64,000 nt of DNA, taken from the NCBI GenBank assembly GCA_001823065.1, contig MHTJ01000003.1, forward strand, positions 181,460 through 245,459, read 5' to 3'. Under the pieces are notes generated by a model, which saw nothing but the letters and a program-made list of their open reading frames with translations, made no database searches and was not told the DNA's origin. Both the position numbers and the translations under genes were made by a program. This document shows positions 1 through 7,726 of the stretch, piece by piece (positions within the stretch are counted from its first letter, which is position 1; each line of letters opens with the position of its first letter). This DNA comes from Candidatus Vogelbacteria bacterium RIFOXYD1_FULL_44_32. Lineage in GTDB: Bacteria > Patescibacteriota > Minisyncoccia > Phycocordibacterales > XYD1-FULL-46-19.

Positions 1-419
1 TGGCAGGTGCAGTGGGGTTGGCTTTGGCTTTGACTATCTGTCAGACCACGGCGACTAATGAGAATAAACGATTGTCGGCCCTAAGAGATTTATTTATTAG
101 ACAAGCCCAGCGCGATTTACCGGGTATTATTTTCCACGGGACCTTGGTTGACCGTTTGCCTAATAATATCAATTTTACTTTGCCGGGGGTGGAGGCCGAG
201 TGGGTGGTGTTGTGGCTCGACAGTCAAAATATTGAAGCGTCCACGGGGAGTGCTTGTGCCAACAACTTTGCCAATGACAATCATATCTTAACCGCTTTAT
301 ATGGGGTGAAAGCGCCTAGCGAGGGTTCGGTCCGGTTATCTTTCGGCCGAGAAACTACCACTAAAGATATTATTAAAATCATTGCGGTTTTGAAAGAAAT
401 ACCTAGATCTAACGTGTAA
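1..419 (+). CDS. Cysteine desulfurase (class V aminotransferase), C-terminal fragment running in from the upstream window edge
   Basis: The translation ...STGSACANNFANDNHILTALYGV...EGSVRLSFGRETTTKDIIKI matches the conserved C-terminus of IscS/NifS (SSGSAC...SIRFSLGRFTTEEEI). The reading frame is open to the window start. Confidence 0.7.
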   Translation, partial: AGAVGLALALTICQTTATNENKRLSALRDLFIRQAQRDLPGIIFHGTLVDRLPNNINFTLPGVEAEWVVLWLDSQNIEASTGSACANNFANDNHILTALYGVKAPSEGSVRLSFGRETTTKDIIKIIAVLKEIPRSNV

Positions 420-441
420 TATAATAGGGAACTTGGGCGCG

Positions 442-450
442 TGCTATAAT
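442..450 (+). promoter_or_regulatory. Extended -10 promoter element (TGcTATAAT) upstream of the SOD gene
   Basis: TATAAT at 445-450 is preceded by TG at 442-443, about 28 nt before the ATG at 478. No clear -35. Confidence 0.35.
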
Positions 451-477
451 GGGACAAATTATTAGTTCTAACCTCAA

Positions 478-1101
478 TTGGCTATGCACAAATTACCACC
501 ATTGCCTTATGATTATTCGGATTTGTCTCCTTATATAGATGAAGAGACAATGCGTTTACATCATGACAAACATCACCAAGCTTATATTGATAAGCTAAAC
601 GGGGCGCTGGAAAAATATCCAGACTGGGCCGAAAAGGCCGTGGCGGATCTGCTTGGTGATTTAGAGGCTGTACCAGCTGAAATTAAAATGGCGGTGCGTA
701 ACCATGGGGGCGGGCATTTTAATCATTCCTTTTTCTGGGAGATAATGCGCCCCGGCCGAACTGACAATGTCCCGGAGGGTGAGCTTTTATTTAAGCTAAA
801 CGAAGTTTTCGGTGATTTACTTTCCTTTAAGGAAAAATTTACCACGGCGGCCTTGGGGCAGTTTGGCTCGGGTTGGGTCTGGTTGGTCCAAAATGGGCAA
901 GGTGAGCTGGCCATCAGCACGACCGCCAATCAGGACTCTCCACTGGAACTAGGGCAGAAGCCCATTATTGGGTGTGATGTCTGGGAGCATGCCTATTATT
1001 TGAAATACCAAAATCGGCGGGCTGAGTATGTCGATAATTTTTTTGCGGTTATAAATTGGAGTGTGGCCGATGCCAATTTTAAACATGCGAAACTGGGGTA
1101 A
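478..1101 (+). CDS. Fe/Mn superoxide dismutase
   Basis: Contains HHDKHHQAYIDKLN, the metal ligands and the DVWEHAYYLKYQNRRAEYV signature. 207 aa is typical. Confidence 0.9.
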   Translation: MAMHKLPPLPYDYSDLSPYIDEETMRLHHDKHHQAYIDKLNGALEKYPDWAEKAVADLLGDLEAVPAEIKMAVRNHGGGHFNHSFFWEIMRPGRTDNVPEGELLFKLNEVFGDLLSFKEKFTTAALGQFGSGWVWLVQNGQGELAISTTANQDSPLELGQKPIIGCDVWEHAYYLKYQNRRAEYVDNFFAVINWSVADANFKHAKLG

Positions 1102-1137
1102 TTTGCGAGGCGGTAAATTAAAAGATATTATTATGAG

Positions 1138-1950
1138 ATGGATATTGAAGAACTAAACAAAAGTCAGATAATTTTACTCACTCTTTTGGTGAGCTTTATT
1201 ACTTCAATTGCCACTGGGATTGTGACCGTGACACTAATGGACCAAGCGCCAGAGGGAGTGACCCGCACTATTACGCAAGTGGTAGAACGAACGGTCGAAT
1301 CGGTCAAACCAGGAGATACTCAAGTCGCGACGGTGATAAAAGAGGTGCCAGTGATTGTGACTGAAGAAGAATTAGTTTTAAAAGCGATCAATATTGCCTC
1401 GCCCGCGGTTGCTACCCTTTCTACTTCTCCCCTTAAAAAATATGAAGGAGTGAGCCAAGTTGGGACCGCCTTTTTAATTGAGGGTAAAAATCGTTTTATC
1501 ACTAGCGGTCGGTTGGTCCTTCCTAAAGTTGTTTATCAAATTCAGCTAGAAAATGGCACTTCCGCTAAGGTGATGATGACCGCCAAAAGTCTCGATGGGC
1601 AAGTGGCTATACTTGATGTCATTGCTGAAGACAGTCTGGCTTTTACGACCGCGACTAAAGAGATTAAACATTTAGTTTTTTCGGATAGCGCAATCTCGAT
1701 TGGCCAATCAGTCATCGGTATTGGCGCCAGCGCTGATGTCAACCACAATGTGGCGATGGGGATTGTATCTAATTTGTCGGGCCAAGCTTCCAGTACCACG
1801 ACGATGATTGTCACCAATGCTTCGGCGGTTAATAATATTGGGGGGCCGTTGATTGATATCCGGGGGAAAATTATTGGTCTAAATGCTGGGGCGGGGGAAG
1901 CAATTAGTAAAAAAAGCATCTTGGCTTTGATTGACGAGCTAAATAAATAG
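1138..1950 (+). CDS. Membrane-anchored trypsin-like (HtrA/S1-like) domain protein, probably a catalytically inactive pseudo-protease
   Basis: N-terminal TM helix. The S1 fold motifs are recognisable (GTAFLIEGKNRFITSGRLV, NNIGGPLIDIRGKIIGLNAG), but the His position reads R (TSGRLV versus TNAHVV) and GNSGGP reads NNIGGP, so Ser is replaced by Ile. Confidence 0.5.
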   Translation: MDIEELNKSQIILLTLLVSFITSIATGIVTVTLMDQAPEGVTRTITQVVERTVESVKPGDTQVATVIKEVPVIVTEEELVLKAINIASPAVATLSTSPLKKYEGVSQVGTAFLIEGKNRFITSGRLVLPKVVYQIQLENGTSAKVMMTAKSLDGQVAILDVIAEDSLAFTTATKEIKHLVFSDSAISIGQSVIGIGASADVNHNVAMGIVSNLSGQASSTTTMIVTNASAVNNIGGPLIDIRGKIIGLNAGAGEAISKKSILALIDELNK

Positions 1951-2009
1951 TTGTAGAATATAATTGGAGTTGGTTTCAAACTCCAAATTCTAATTTTAAT
2001 TTCCAAACC

Positions 2010-4691
2010 ATGCCTCCTTTTCAAAAATTTACATCTAAAGCCCGAGAAGTTATCCGCAAGGCTCATGAGCTGGCCATTGAGCGGGGTCAAAACCATGTCA
2101 GCCCGACTCATTTGTTGGCGGCTTTACTGTTGCAGGAAGACAGCACCACGGTTTCGATTATTGAAAAGCTTGAGGTAGATAGTCTGATGCTGACCGACTA
2201 TATTTTAGACCTAATGGAAACCCCCGAGGGGGCGACCGTGGCCTCGCCCTCCTATCAGATTTATCTAACCCCAGAATTGGTCCGCATTTTTGATTCCGCT
2301 TCCAAGGTTGCTGATAGTTTAAGTGATGAATTTGTTTCGACCGAGCATTTACTTATATCACTACTTGATGTTTCGAGTGATGCCCGCGATATTTTAAATC
2401 GGTTTAAGGTTACCAAAGAGGTGGTGCTAAAGGTGGTCGAGGAACTGCGGGCCGGGGTGGTGAAGGATATTGACCAGCCCAAGAAAAATAAAGCGGTTGA
2501 AAAATTTACTCGTAATCTAACTGATTTAGCGCGGGCCGATAAGCTGGACCCAGTCATCGGTCGTGACCAGGAAATTCGACGGATTATGGAAATACTTTCG
2601 CGCCGGACTAAAAATAATCCGATCTTGATTGGCGAAGCGGGCACTGGTAAAACCGCGATTGCCGAAGGGCTGGCGGTCCGGATTGCTAAAGGCGATGTGC
2701 CGGAGTCACTAAAGGATAAAGAAATTGCTTCTCTGGATTTAGGCTTGCTAATTGCTGGGACTAAATATCGGGGCGAGTTTGAGGAACGATTAAAAAATTT
2801 GATTAAGGAGATTGAACGGGCCGAAGGACGGATTATTTTATTTATTGATGAAATGCATACATTGGTCGGCGCCGGTAGTGCCGAAGGGGCCATCGACGCT
2901 TCTAATATGCTAAAGCCGGCGCTGGCGCGGGGTGAATTGCGGGTGATCGGGGCCACCACACTGAAAGAATATCAAAAACATATTGAAAAGGATCAGGCCC
3001 TGACTCGGCGGTTTCAACCAATTCACGTCGAGGAGCCCACCGTGGAAGACGCGACAGCTATTTTGCGGGGCTTGAAGGACCGTTATGAAATCCATCATGG
3101 GGTACATATTACTGACGATGCTATTATATCCGCGGTCAATTTATCTTCACGTTATATTACCGATCGTTTTTTACCCGACAAAGCCATCGACTTGATCGAT
3201 GAAGCGGCGTCGGCCCTTCGGCTACAGTTAGAAAATAAACCGGCCGCGCTGGAAGACGCCGAGCGTAAAATTATGCGTCTGGAAGTTGAAAAAGAAGCGA
3301 TGAAAAAAGAAGTCGAGATCAATGACGACTCGACCGCTAAAACGCGGATTAAGGATATTGAGCAAGAAATTGGCAATTTGAAAGAAAAAACCTCGGAGCT
3401 GGAATTGCGCTGGAAAAATGAGAAGGAAATAATCGGCGAAGTGCGCGCTGACAAAGAAAAACTAGAGGGACTACGGCTCGAGGCCCAACAGGCCGAAATT
3501 CATGCCGAATTGACCAGAGCAGCCGAAATACGCTATGGCGAGATTCCGGTGCTAGAAAAGGAGATTAAGACCAAAGAAGCCAAATTAAAACGGTTGCAAA
3601 GCCAGCGGCGGATTTTAAAGGAAGAAGTGACCGAGGAAGAGATTGCCCGAGTGGTCGCCCGTTGGACGGGTATACCAGTGGTCCGCATGCTTGAAGAAGA
3701 AGCGGATAAATTGGCGCGGATGGAGGATGGACTAAAAGGTAAAGTGCGGGGCCAAGACGATGCGATTGAGAAAATTTCGGCCGCGGTCCGCCGGAGCCGG
3801 GCGGGTATTTCTGACCCCGACCGACCGATTGGTTCGTTTATTTTCCTTGGGCCAACCGGTGTCGGTAAGACCGAGCTCGCGAAAAAATTGGCGGAATTTA
3901 TGTTTAATGATGAAAAATCTTTAATCAGAGTGGATATGTCGGAATATATGGAAAAATATTCCGTGTCTAAAATGATTGGCGCCGCGCCGGGCTATGTCGG
4001 CTACGATGAGGGTGGGGCGCTCACTGAGCTGGTGCGCCATCGACCATATTCAGTTTTACTCTTTGATGAGATTGAGAAAGCTCATCCGGAGGTGTTTAAT
4101 ATATTATTGCAAGTTCTCGATAATGGCCGATTGACCGACTCGAAAGGACGGGTAGTGAATTTCAAAAATACCGTTATCATCTTGACTTCCAATTTGGGTA
4201 GTCAGTTTATGAACCGGTTTCAAAAGATTGGTTTTGGGACTGGTGGCGAAGAAGCGCAGTTTAGCGAAGTTAAAGAAAAAGTCATGGATACAGTTAAAGA
4301 AAGCTTCAAGCCGGAATTTTTGAATCGCCTCGATGATATTATTATTTTCAACCCGCTAAACGCCGAAGTAATACGCGATATTGTATCGATTCAACTAGAT
4401 ATCGTGCGTAAACGGCTTTTATTGAAAGGAATTAAGCTAGAAATTTCGGATGAGGTAGTTTCCTATTTAGCGAAGGAGGGATTTAATCCCGAGTATGGGG
4501 CCCGACCGCTAAAACGGCTGATTCAAAACCGCATTCTCAATAAAGTGGCGGAGTTTATTATTTCGCGGCGAGTGGAAAATGGGGGGATTGTGAAAGTCTC
4601 CATTCGCGACAACGAACCAGTCATTGAACTCAAAAAAAGCTATAGTGTGCGTGGTGGCAAGAAGACCAATGAGTACACGCAGACGGTGTAG
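2010..4691 (+). CDS. clpB: ClpB chaperone (AAA+ disaggregase)
   Basis: 893 aa. It has the Clp N-domain repeats, a D1 Walker A GEAGTGKTAIAEGLA, a long coiled-coil middle domain, a D2 Walker A GPTGVGKTELAK and the sensor-2 motif GARPLKR. Confidence 0.92.
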   Translation: MPPFQKFTSKAREVIRKAHELAIERGQNHVSPTHLLAALLLQEDSTTVSIIEKLEVDSLMLTDYILDLMETPEGATVASPSYQIYLTPELVRIFDSASKVADSLSDEFVSTEHLLISLLDVSSDARDILNRFKVTKEVVLKVVEELRAGVVKDIDQPKKNKAVEKFTRNLTDLARADKLDPVIGRDQEIRRIMEILSRRTKNNPILIGEAGTGKTAIAEGLAVRIAKGDVPESLKDKEIASLDLGLLIAGTKYRGEFEERLKNLIKEIERAEGRIILFIDEMHTLVGAGSAEGAIDASNMLKPALARGELRVIGATTLKEYQKHIEKDQALTRRFQPIHVEEPTVEDATAILRGLKDRYEIHHGVHITDDAIISAVNLSSRYITDRFLPDKAIDLIDEAASALRLQLENKPAALEDAERKIMRLEVEKEAMKKEVEINDDSTAKTRIKDIEQEIGNLKEKTSELELRWKNEKEIIGEVRADKEKLEGLRLEAQQAEIHAELTRAAEIRYGEIPVLEKEIKTKEAKLKRLQSQRRILKEEVTEEEIARVVARWTGIPVVRMLEEEADKLARMEDGLKGKVRGQDDAIEKISAAVRRSRAGISDPDRPIGSFIFLGPTGVGKTELAKKLAEFMFNDEKSLIRVDMSEYMEKYSVSKMIGAAPGYVGYDEGGALTELVRHRPYSVLLFDEIEKAHPEVFNILLQVLDNGRLTDSKGRVVNFKNTVIILTSNLGSQFMNRFQKIGFGTGGEEAQFSEVKEKVMDTVKESFKPEFLNRLDDIIIFNPLNAEVIRDIVSIQLDIVRKRLLLKGIKLEISDEVVSYLAKEGFNPEYGARPLKRLIQNRILNKVAEFIISRRVENGGIVKVSIRDNEPVIELKKSYSVRGGKKTNEYTQTV

Positions 4692-4716
4692 GGAATGAAT
4701 AATTTAGTTATGAGTC

Positions 4717-4753
4717 AAAAACCCCCGCGAGCCTAGGCTCGCGGGGGTTTTTG
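4717..4753 (+). terminator. Rho-independent terminator after clpB
   Basis: Perfect 12-bp stem CCCCCGCGAGCC/GGCTCGCGGGGG followed by TTTTT. Confidence 0.85.
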
Positions 4754-4793
4754 ACTCAGGACCATTTTTTGTGTAATAATACTCTTGTTTAAT

Positions 4794-4876
4794 GCGTCGG
4801 TGGTGGAGTGGTCAATCACAACAGACTGTAAATCTGTCGCCTTACGGCTACGCAGGTTCGAATCCTGCCCGGCGCA
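4794..4876 (+). tRNA. tRNA-Tyr (anticodon GUA), long variable arm
   Basis: Hand-folded. Acceptor GCGTCGG/CCGGCGC with discriminator A. Anticodon loop CUGUAAA. T-arm CAGGTTCGAATCCTG. 83 nt, no encoded CCA. Confidence 0.85.
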
Positions 4877-4903
4877 CAAAAAATCCCCGTTAGGGGATTT
4901 TGT

Positions 4904-5033
4904 GCGCCGGGAGCAAAGCACCTGCGTGCTTTGCGTCAGGATTCGAAAGACTTTTCGTTATCAAATATTTGCTAAGAATATTTGGTCGAAAAGTACTCGC
5001 CCCCGTAGGGGGAGAATCCTGCCCGGCGCACCA
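4904..5033 (+). ncRNA. tRNA-adjacent structured element E1 (candidate tRNA-mimic RNA ending in CCA)
   Basis: The 5' end GCGCCGG pairs with the 3' end CCGGCGC-A-CCA. The 3' terminal 17 nt copy the tRNA-Tyr 3' end. Internal 9-bp hairpin GCAAAGCAC-CTGC-GTGCTTTGC. Helix CTTTTCG/CGAAAAG. Conserved CGCCCCCGTAGGGGGAGA. It is homologous to E2 at 57844-57963, with compensatory changes in both helices. Confidence 0.5.
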
Positions 5034-5061
5034 ATGATACTTTATGTGTTATTATAAATAA

Positions 5062-5832
5062 ATGAAGAAAATAGTAAAAAGAAGAAAAATACTAATTCTC
5101 GGGTTAGGTATTATCCTTTTCGGATTATTGCTAGGGTACCGATTTATTTCCAGAGAAACCATTCCTTTGTCTATATATAAGGGTGAGTTTGGAGACTCCC
5201 GAGACAATCCTCAAGGGATAAGAAAAGTTCAAGGTAAATACATAAATTTGGATTCTAAAAACAAGCTATACAAAAGCAAGGATTTAGGAATATCAATCAT
5301 TGTCCCAGCAGATTATACTGATTCAACATCTGCAAATGATGATAACTCTGCATACTATGAGCGCCCTAATGGCGATTTTGCTTACACAACTTATAGACTG
5401 TTTCGTCCTTTAGAAAGTCAGAAAGATCAAAATGAGCTTTTATTTGTCTACCAAGGCATCAACATCTATAAAGCGGCTGTTAGGGAAGATAAAAACACAT
5501 TAGCATTGATTCAGAGTGGGGATAATTTTTATGATATTAATAATTCAATGTGGAGTCCTGAAAGACAAAAAATTAATAGTTATCTTAAACAGACAAATTA
5601 CAAAGTCTCATTAGTTAATATTGGAAATAAAAAATTTATTAAAGTAAGCTATGGCTTGTCTTACTGTTATGAAGGACCTTGCCCAGATGAAAACATCCAC
5701 TTCTATACGCTTAATAATAGGGGTGATATTTATTATGATATTAGTTATACGTCCTTCGAGACAAATACACCATGGCTTGTGCAAAAAGCAGAATATGAAA
5801 AAATCATTAAAAGTATTAAAATAATCGATTAG
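5062..5832 (+). CDS. Hypothetical protein with N-terminal signal anchor, AT-rich
   Basis: 256 aa ORF with an N-terminal hydrophobic helix. GC is clearly lower than the flanking genes. It lies immediately after tRNA-Tyr and E1. Confidence 0.55.
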   Translation: MKKIVKRRKILILGLGIILFGLLLGYRFISRETIPLSIYKGEFGDSRDNPQGIRKVQGKYINLDSKNKLYKSKDLGISIIVPADYTDSTSANDDNSAYYERPNGDFAYTTYRLFRPLESQKDQNELLFVYQGINIYKAAVREDKNTLALIQSGDNFYDINNSMWSPERQKINSYLKQTNYKVSLVNIGNKKFIKVSYGLSYCYEGPCPDENIHFYTLNNRGDIYYDISYTSFETNTPWLVQKAEYEKIIKSIKIID

Positions 5833-5906
5833 TATAATTTCAAGGCAGAGTCTTCCTTTTTGTAGCTCTCTATGCTACAGTATTCCGGTACCTAATTTAG
5901 ATATCT

Positions 5907-6062
5907 ATGTCCCAAAATAACCTAATCAAACTAAGCAATAAGGAAACTGGTGAATCTTACTGGACTCGCAAAAACAAGAAAAAGGTGGAGCGGAAAATTG
6001 AGGTCAAAAAATACAGCAAAAAGCTCAAAAAGCACGTCAAATTCACGGAGTCGAAGAAGTAA
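5907..6062 (+). CDS. rpmG: 50S ribosomal protein L33 (non-zinc form), 51 aa. Missing from the ORF track because it is under 60 aa.
   Basis: Manual translation MSQNNLIKLSNKETGESYWTRKNKKKVERKIEVKKYSKKLKKHVKFTESKK matches the L33 pattern (Y.T.KN....R.E.KKY......H..F.E.K). The overlapping 71-aa ORF at 5950..6165 is in another frame and runs across a tRNA. Confidence 0.7.
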   Translation: MSQNNLIKLSNKETGESYWTRKNKKKVERKIEVKKYSKKLKKHVKFTESKK

Positions 6063-6093
6063 AAAACAACCCCAAACAGGGGTTGTTTTTTAC
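6061..6093. terminator. Bidirectional terminator hairpin between rpmG (+) and tRNA-Trp (-)
   Basis: AAAAAACAACCCC-aaaca-GGGGTTGTTTTTT. Confidence 0.75.
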
Positions 6094-6094
6094 T

Positions 6095-6169
6095 TGGCGG
6101 GCCCACGAGGACTCGAACCTCGAACTACGGTTTTGGAGACCGGCGTTTTACCATTGAAACTATAGGCCC
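6095..6169 (-). tRNA. tRNA-Trp (anticodon CCA), CCA encoded
   Basis: The reverse complement reads GGGCCTATAGTTTCAATGGTAAAACGCCGGTCTCCAAAACCGTAGTTCGAGGTTCGAGTCCTCGTGGGCCCGCCA. Anticodon loop CUCCAAA. T-arm CGAGGTTCGAGTCCTCG. Confidence 0.85.
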
Positions 6170-6220
6170 ATATCTTAAAATCTCAATCAACCAATTCTAG
6201 CATTTACGATAAGGTGTCGT

Positions 6221-7186
6221 CTATTGTGACAAAAACTTCCGCACCAACGGATAGGATTGTTCTGGTTCAGTAATCCACCTGATACGATTGTCGCGTTTGA
6301 ACCAGCTCATTTGCCGTTTGGCATATTGGCGGATAGCCTGCTCGAGTTCCGCGAGCATGGTGTCTTTAGAAAATCTGCCATCTAAATATTGGCTGATATA
6401 GCGATATTCGAGGCCAAGCGCTTCTAATCGGGCGGAAGTAATACCAGCATCCTTTAAATTTTTGACTTCCTCAATTAGCCCCACTTTGACCCGCGCGAGA
6501 AGTCGATTGTGAATTTTTTTGAATAATTCGGGTTGGGGCACATAAATACCGATTTGGAGTAGGTCGTAAGGAGAGTTTATTTCTAGTGGTGGGACTTTAC
6601 CGAGGGCTTTGGCGATCTCAATTGCTCTAATCAAGCGGGGGCGGTTTTGGTCATCAATATTACTGGCGCGGTCGGGGTCAATCGTGCGCAAAAGTTCGAC
6701 TAGATCGATAGTGGGGTAGGTGTCTAGCTCTAAACGCAGAGTTTCGTCGGGGGGGACTTCAGGGAGTTTTAAATCATCAACCACTGCCTGAATATAAAAA
6801 CCAGTGCCACCAGCGAGGATGGGCAATTTGCCTTGTTCACTGATATTACCGATAGCTGAGGTCGCCAAACTCTTGAAATCAGCCACCGTAAAAGTATCGG
6901 CTAGGTCGGCCACATCTAACAGGTGATGCATTACCCCACGCATTTCGTCTTCGGTGACTTTGCCGGCGCCGATATCGAGCCCACGATAAACCTGGCGCGA
7001 ATCGGCCGAAATAACTTCACCTGCAAATTCCACCGCCAAGTCAACGGCGAGGGCCGATTTACCCGAGGCCGTGGGGCCAAGGATGACTAGAAGTTTATCT
7101 TTTTTATTATTAGTAGAATCCACGCTAATACGATATACGAAAAACCAGCGCGTCGCCAGCCTGCCTCCGAATTGTTCGGTTGACAA
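6221..7186 (-). CDS. miaA: tRNA dimethylallyltransferase MiaA
   Basis: LLVILGPTASGKSALAVDLA P-loop, ISADSRQVYRGLDIGAGKVT and the overall MiaA architecture. The true start is probably internal to the listed ORF, since the N-terminal 25 aa look non-native. Confidence 0.9.
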   Translation of the reverse strand: MSTEQFGGRLATRWFFVYRISVDSTNNKKDKLLVILGPTASGKSALAVDLAVEFAGEVISADSRQVYRGLDIGAGKVTEDEMRGVMHHLLDVADLADTFTVADFKSLATSAIGNISEQGKLPILAGGTGFYIQAVVDDLKLPEVPPDETLRLELDTYPTIDLVELLRTIDPDRASNIDDQNRPRLIRAIEIAKALGKVPPLEINSPYDLLQIGIYVPQPELFKKIHNRLLARVKVGLIEEVKNLKDAGITSARLEALGLEYRYISQYLDGRFSKDTMLAELEQAIRQYAKRQMSWFKRDNRIRWITEPEQSYPLVRKFLSQ

Positions 7187-7224
7187 GCTGGCGACGCACT
7201 GGTTGAAAGGGAAAGACTAGCTCT

Positions 7225-7530
7225 CTAATACCCCAAGACGGCCCGGCATTCAATATCTGAAATCTCCGGCCAGAAGTGGATTAAAAAAGTCTGCTGGTAA
7301 CAGGTAGTGTGCAGAACATATTTGGCCACTACATGGCCGTCATCCTCGATGAAGGTCTGGAGGTTGTCGCGCCAAATCTTTCTGGCACTCGAATAGGGCT
7401 TTCTGCGCCGGGGTTCAGGGACCACTTCACCTATTTGGACACTTTCCACTTTGTCCAAACTGGCTATGTACCGGACTTTTTTCCTAAACATCCGGTATAC
7501 TTTGGCATTTTGTCTCGTTGCGGTGGCCAT
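7225..7530 (-). CDS. Hypothetical basic protein (101 aa) with a strong RBS
   Basis: AAGGAGGG lies 6 nt upstream of the ATG. Intact ORF between tRNA-Leu and miaA. No family recognised. Confidence 0.5.
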   Translation of the reverse strand: MATATRQNAKVYRMFRKKVRYIASLDKVESVQIGEVVPEPRRRKPYSSARKIWRDNLQTFIEDDGHVVAKYVLHTTCYQQTFLIHFWPEISDIECRAVLGY

Positions 7531-7584
7531 AAACCCTCCTTCTGCTTGGGTTTGTTACACTGCGGTTTAAGGACCAAGGGTCTG

Positions 7585-7666
7585 TGCCGGAGGGGAGACT
7601 TGAACTCCCATGTCTTGCGACACACGATTTTGAGTCGTGCGTGTATACCAATTCCACCACTCCGGC
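7585..7666 (-). tRNA. tRNA-Leu (anticodon CAA), long variable arm
   Basis: The reverse complement reads GCCGGAGTGGTGGAATTGGTATACACGCACGACTCAAAATCGTGTGTCGCAAGACATGGGAGTTCAAGTCTCCCCTCCGGCA. Anticodon loop CUCAAAA. The six-frame ORFs 7484..7675 and 7309..7686 are spurious overlaps. Confidence 0.8.
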
Positions 7667-7726
7667 AGATAACATTGCCAGTTTAGCAATTTTCTAGCCA
7701 AAATCAAATATGATATAATACAAAAT

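Noticed and set aside
723-929. 68-aa minus-strand ORF inside the SOD gene
   Set aside because: Antisense to a strongly conserved CDS.
4904-5033. Considered tmRNA (CCA end, tRNA-like acceptor, Ala-type G3:U70 in the E2 copy)
   Set aside because: The elements are 120-130 nt, far short of about 350 nt. They have no tag-peptide reading frame or pseudoknots, and there are at least two copies with different acceptor stems. They are not tmRNA.
4733-5057. Six-frame ORFs 4733..4921(-) and 4785..5057(+)
   Set aside because: Both run straight through tRNA-Tyr and the E1 structured element, and neither has an RBS. They are translation artefacts of RNA genes.
5950-6165. 71-aa basic ORF
   Set aside because: It is out of frame with the real L33 gene and extends across the terminator into tRNA-Trp.
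7309-7686. ORFs 7309..7686(+) and 7484..7675(-)
   Set aside because: They overlap the hand-folded tRNA-Leu(CAA) at 7585-7666 and the antisense of a well-supported minus-strand CDS.
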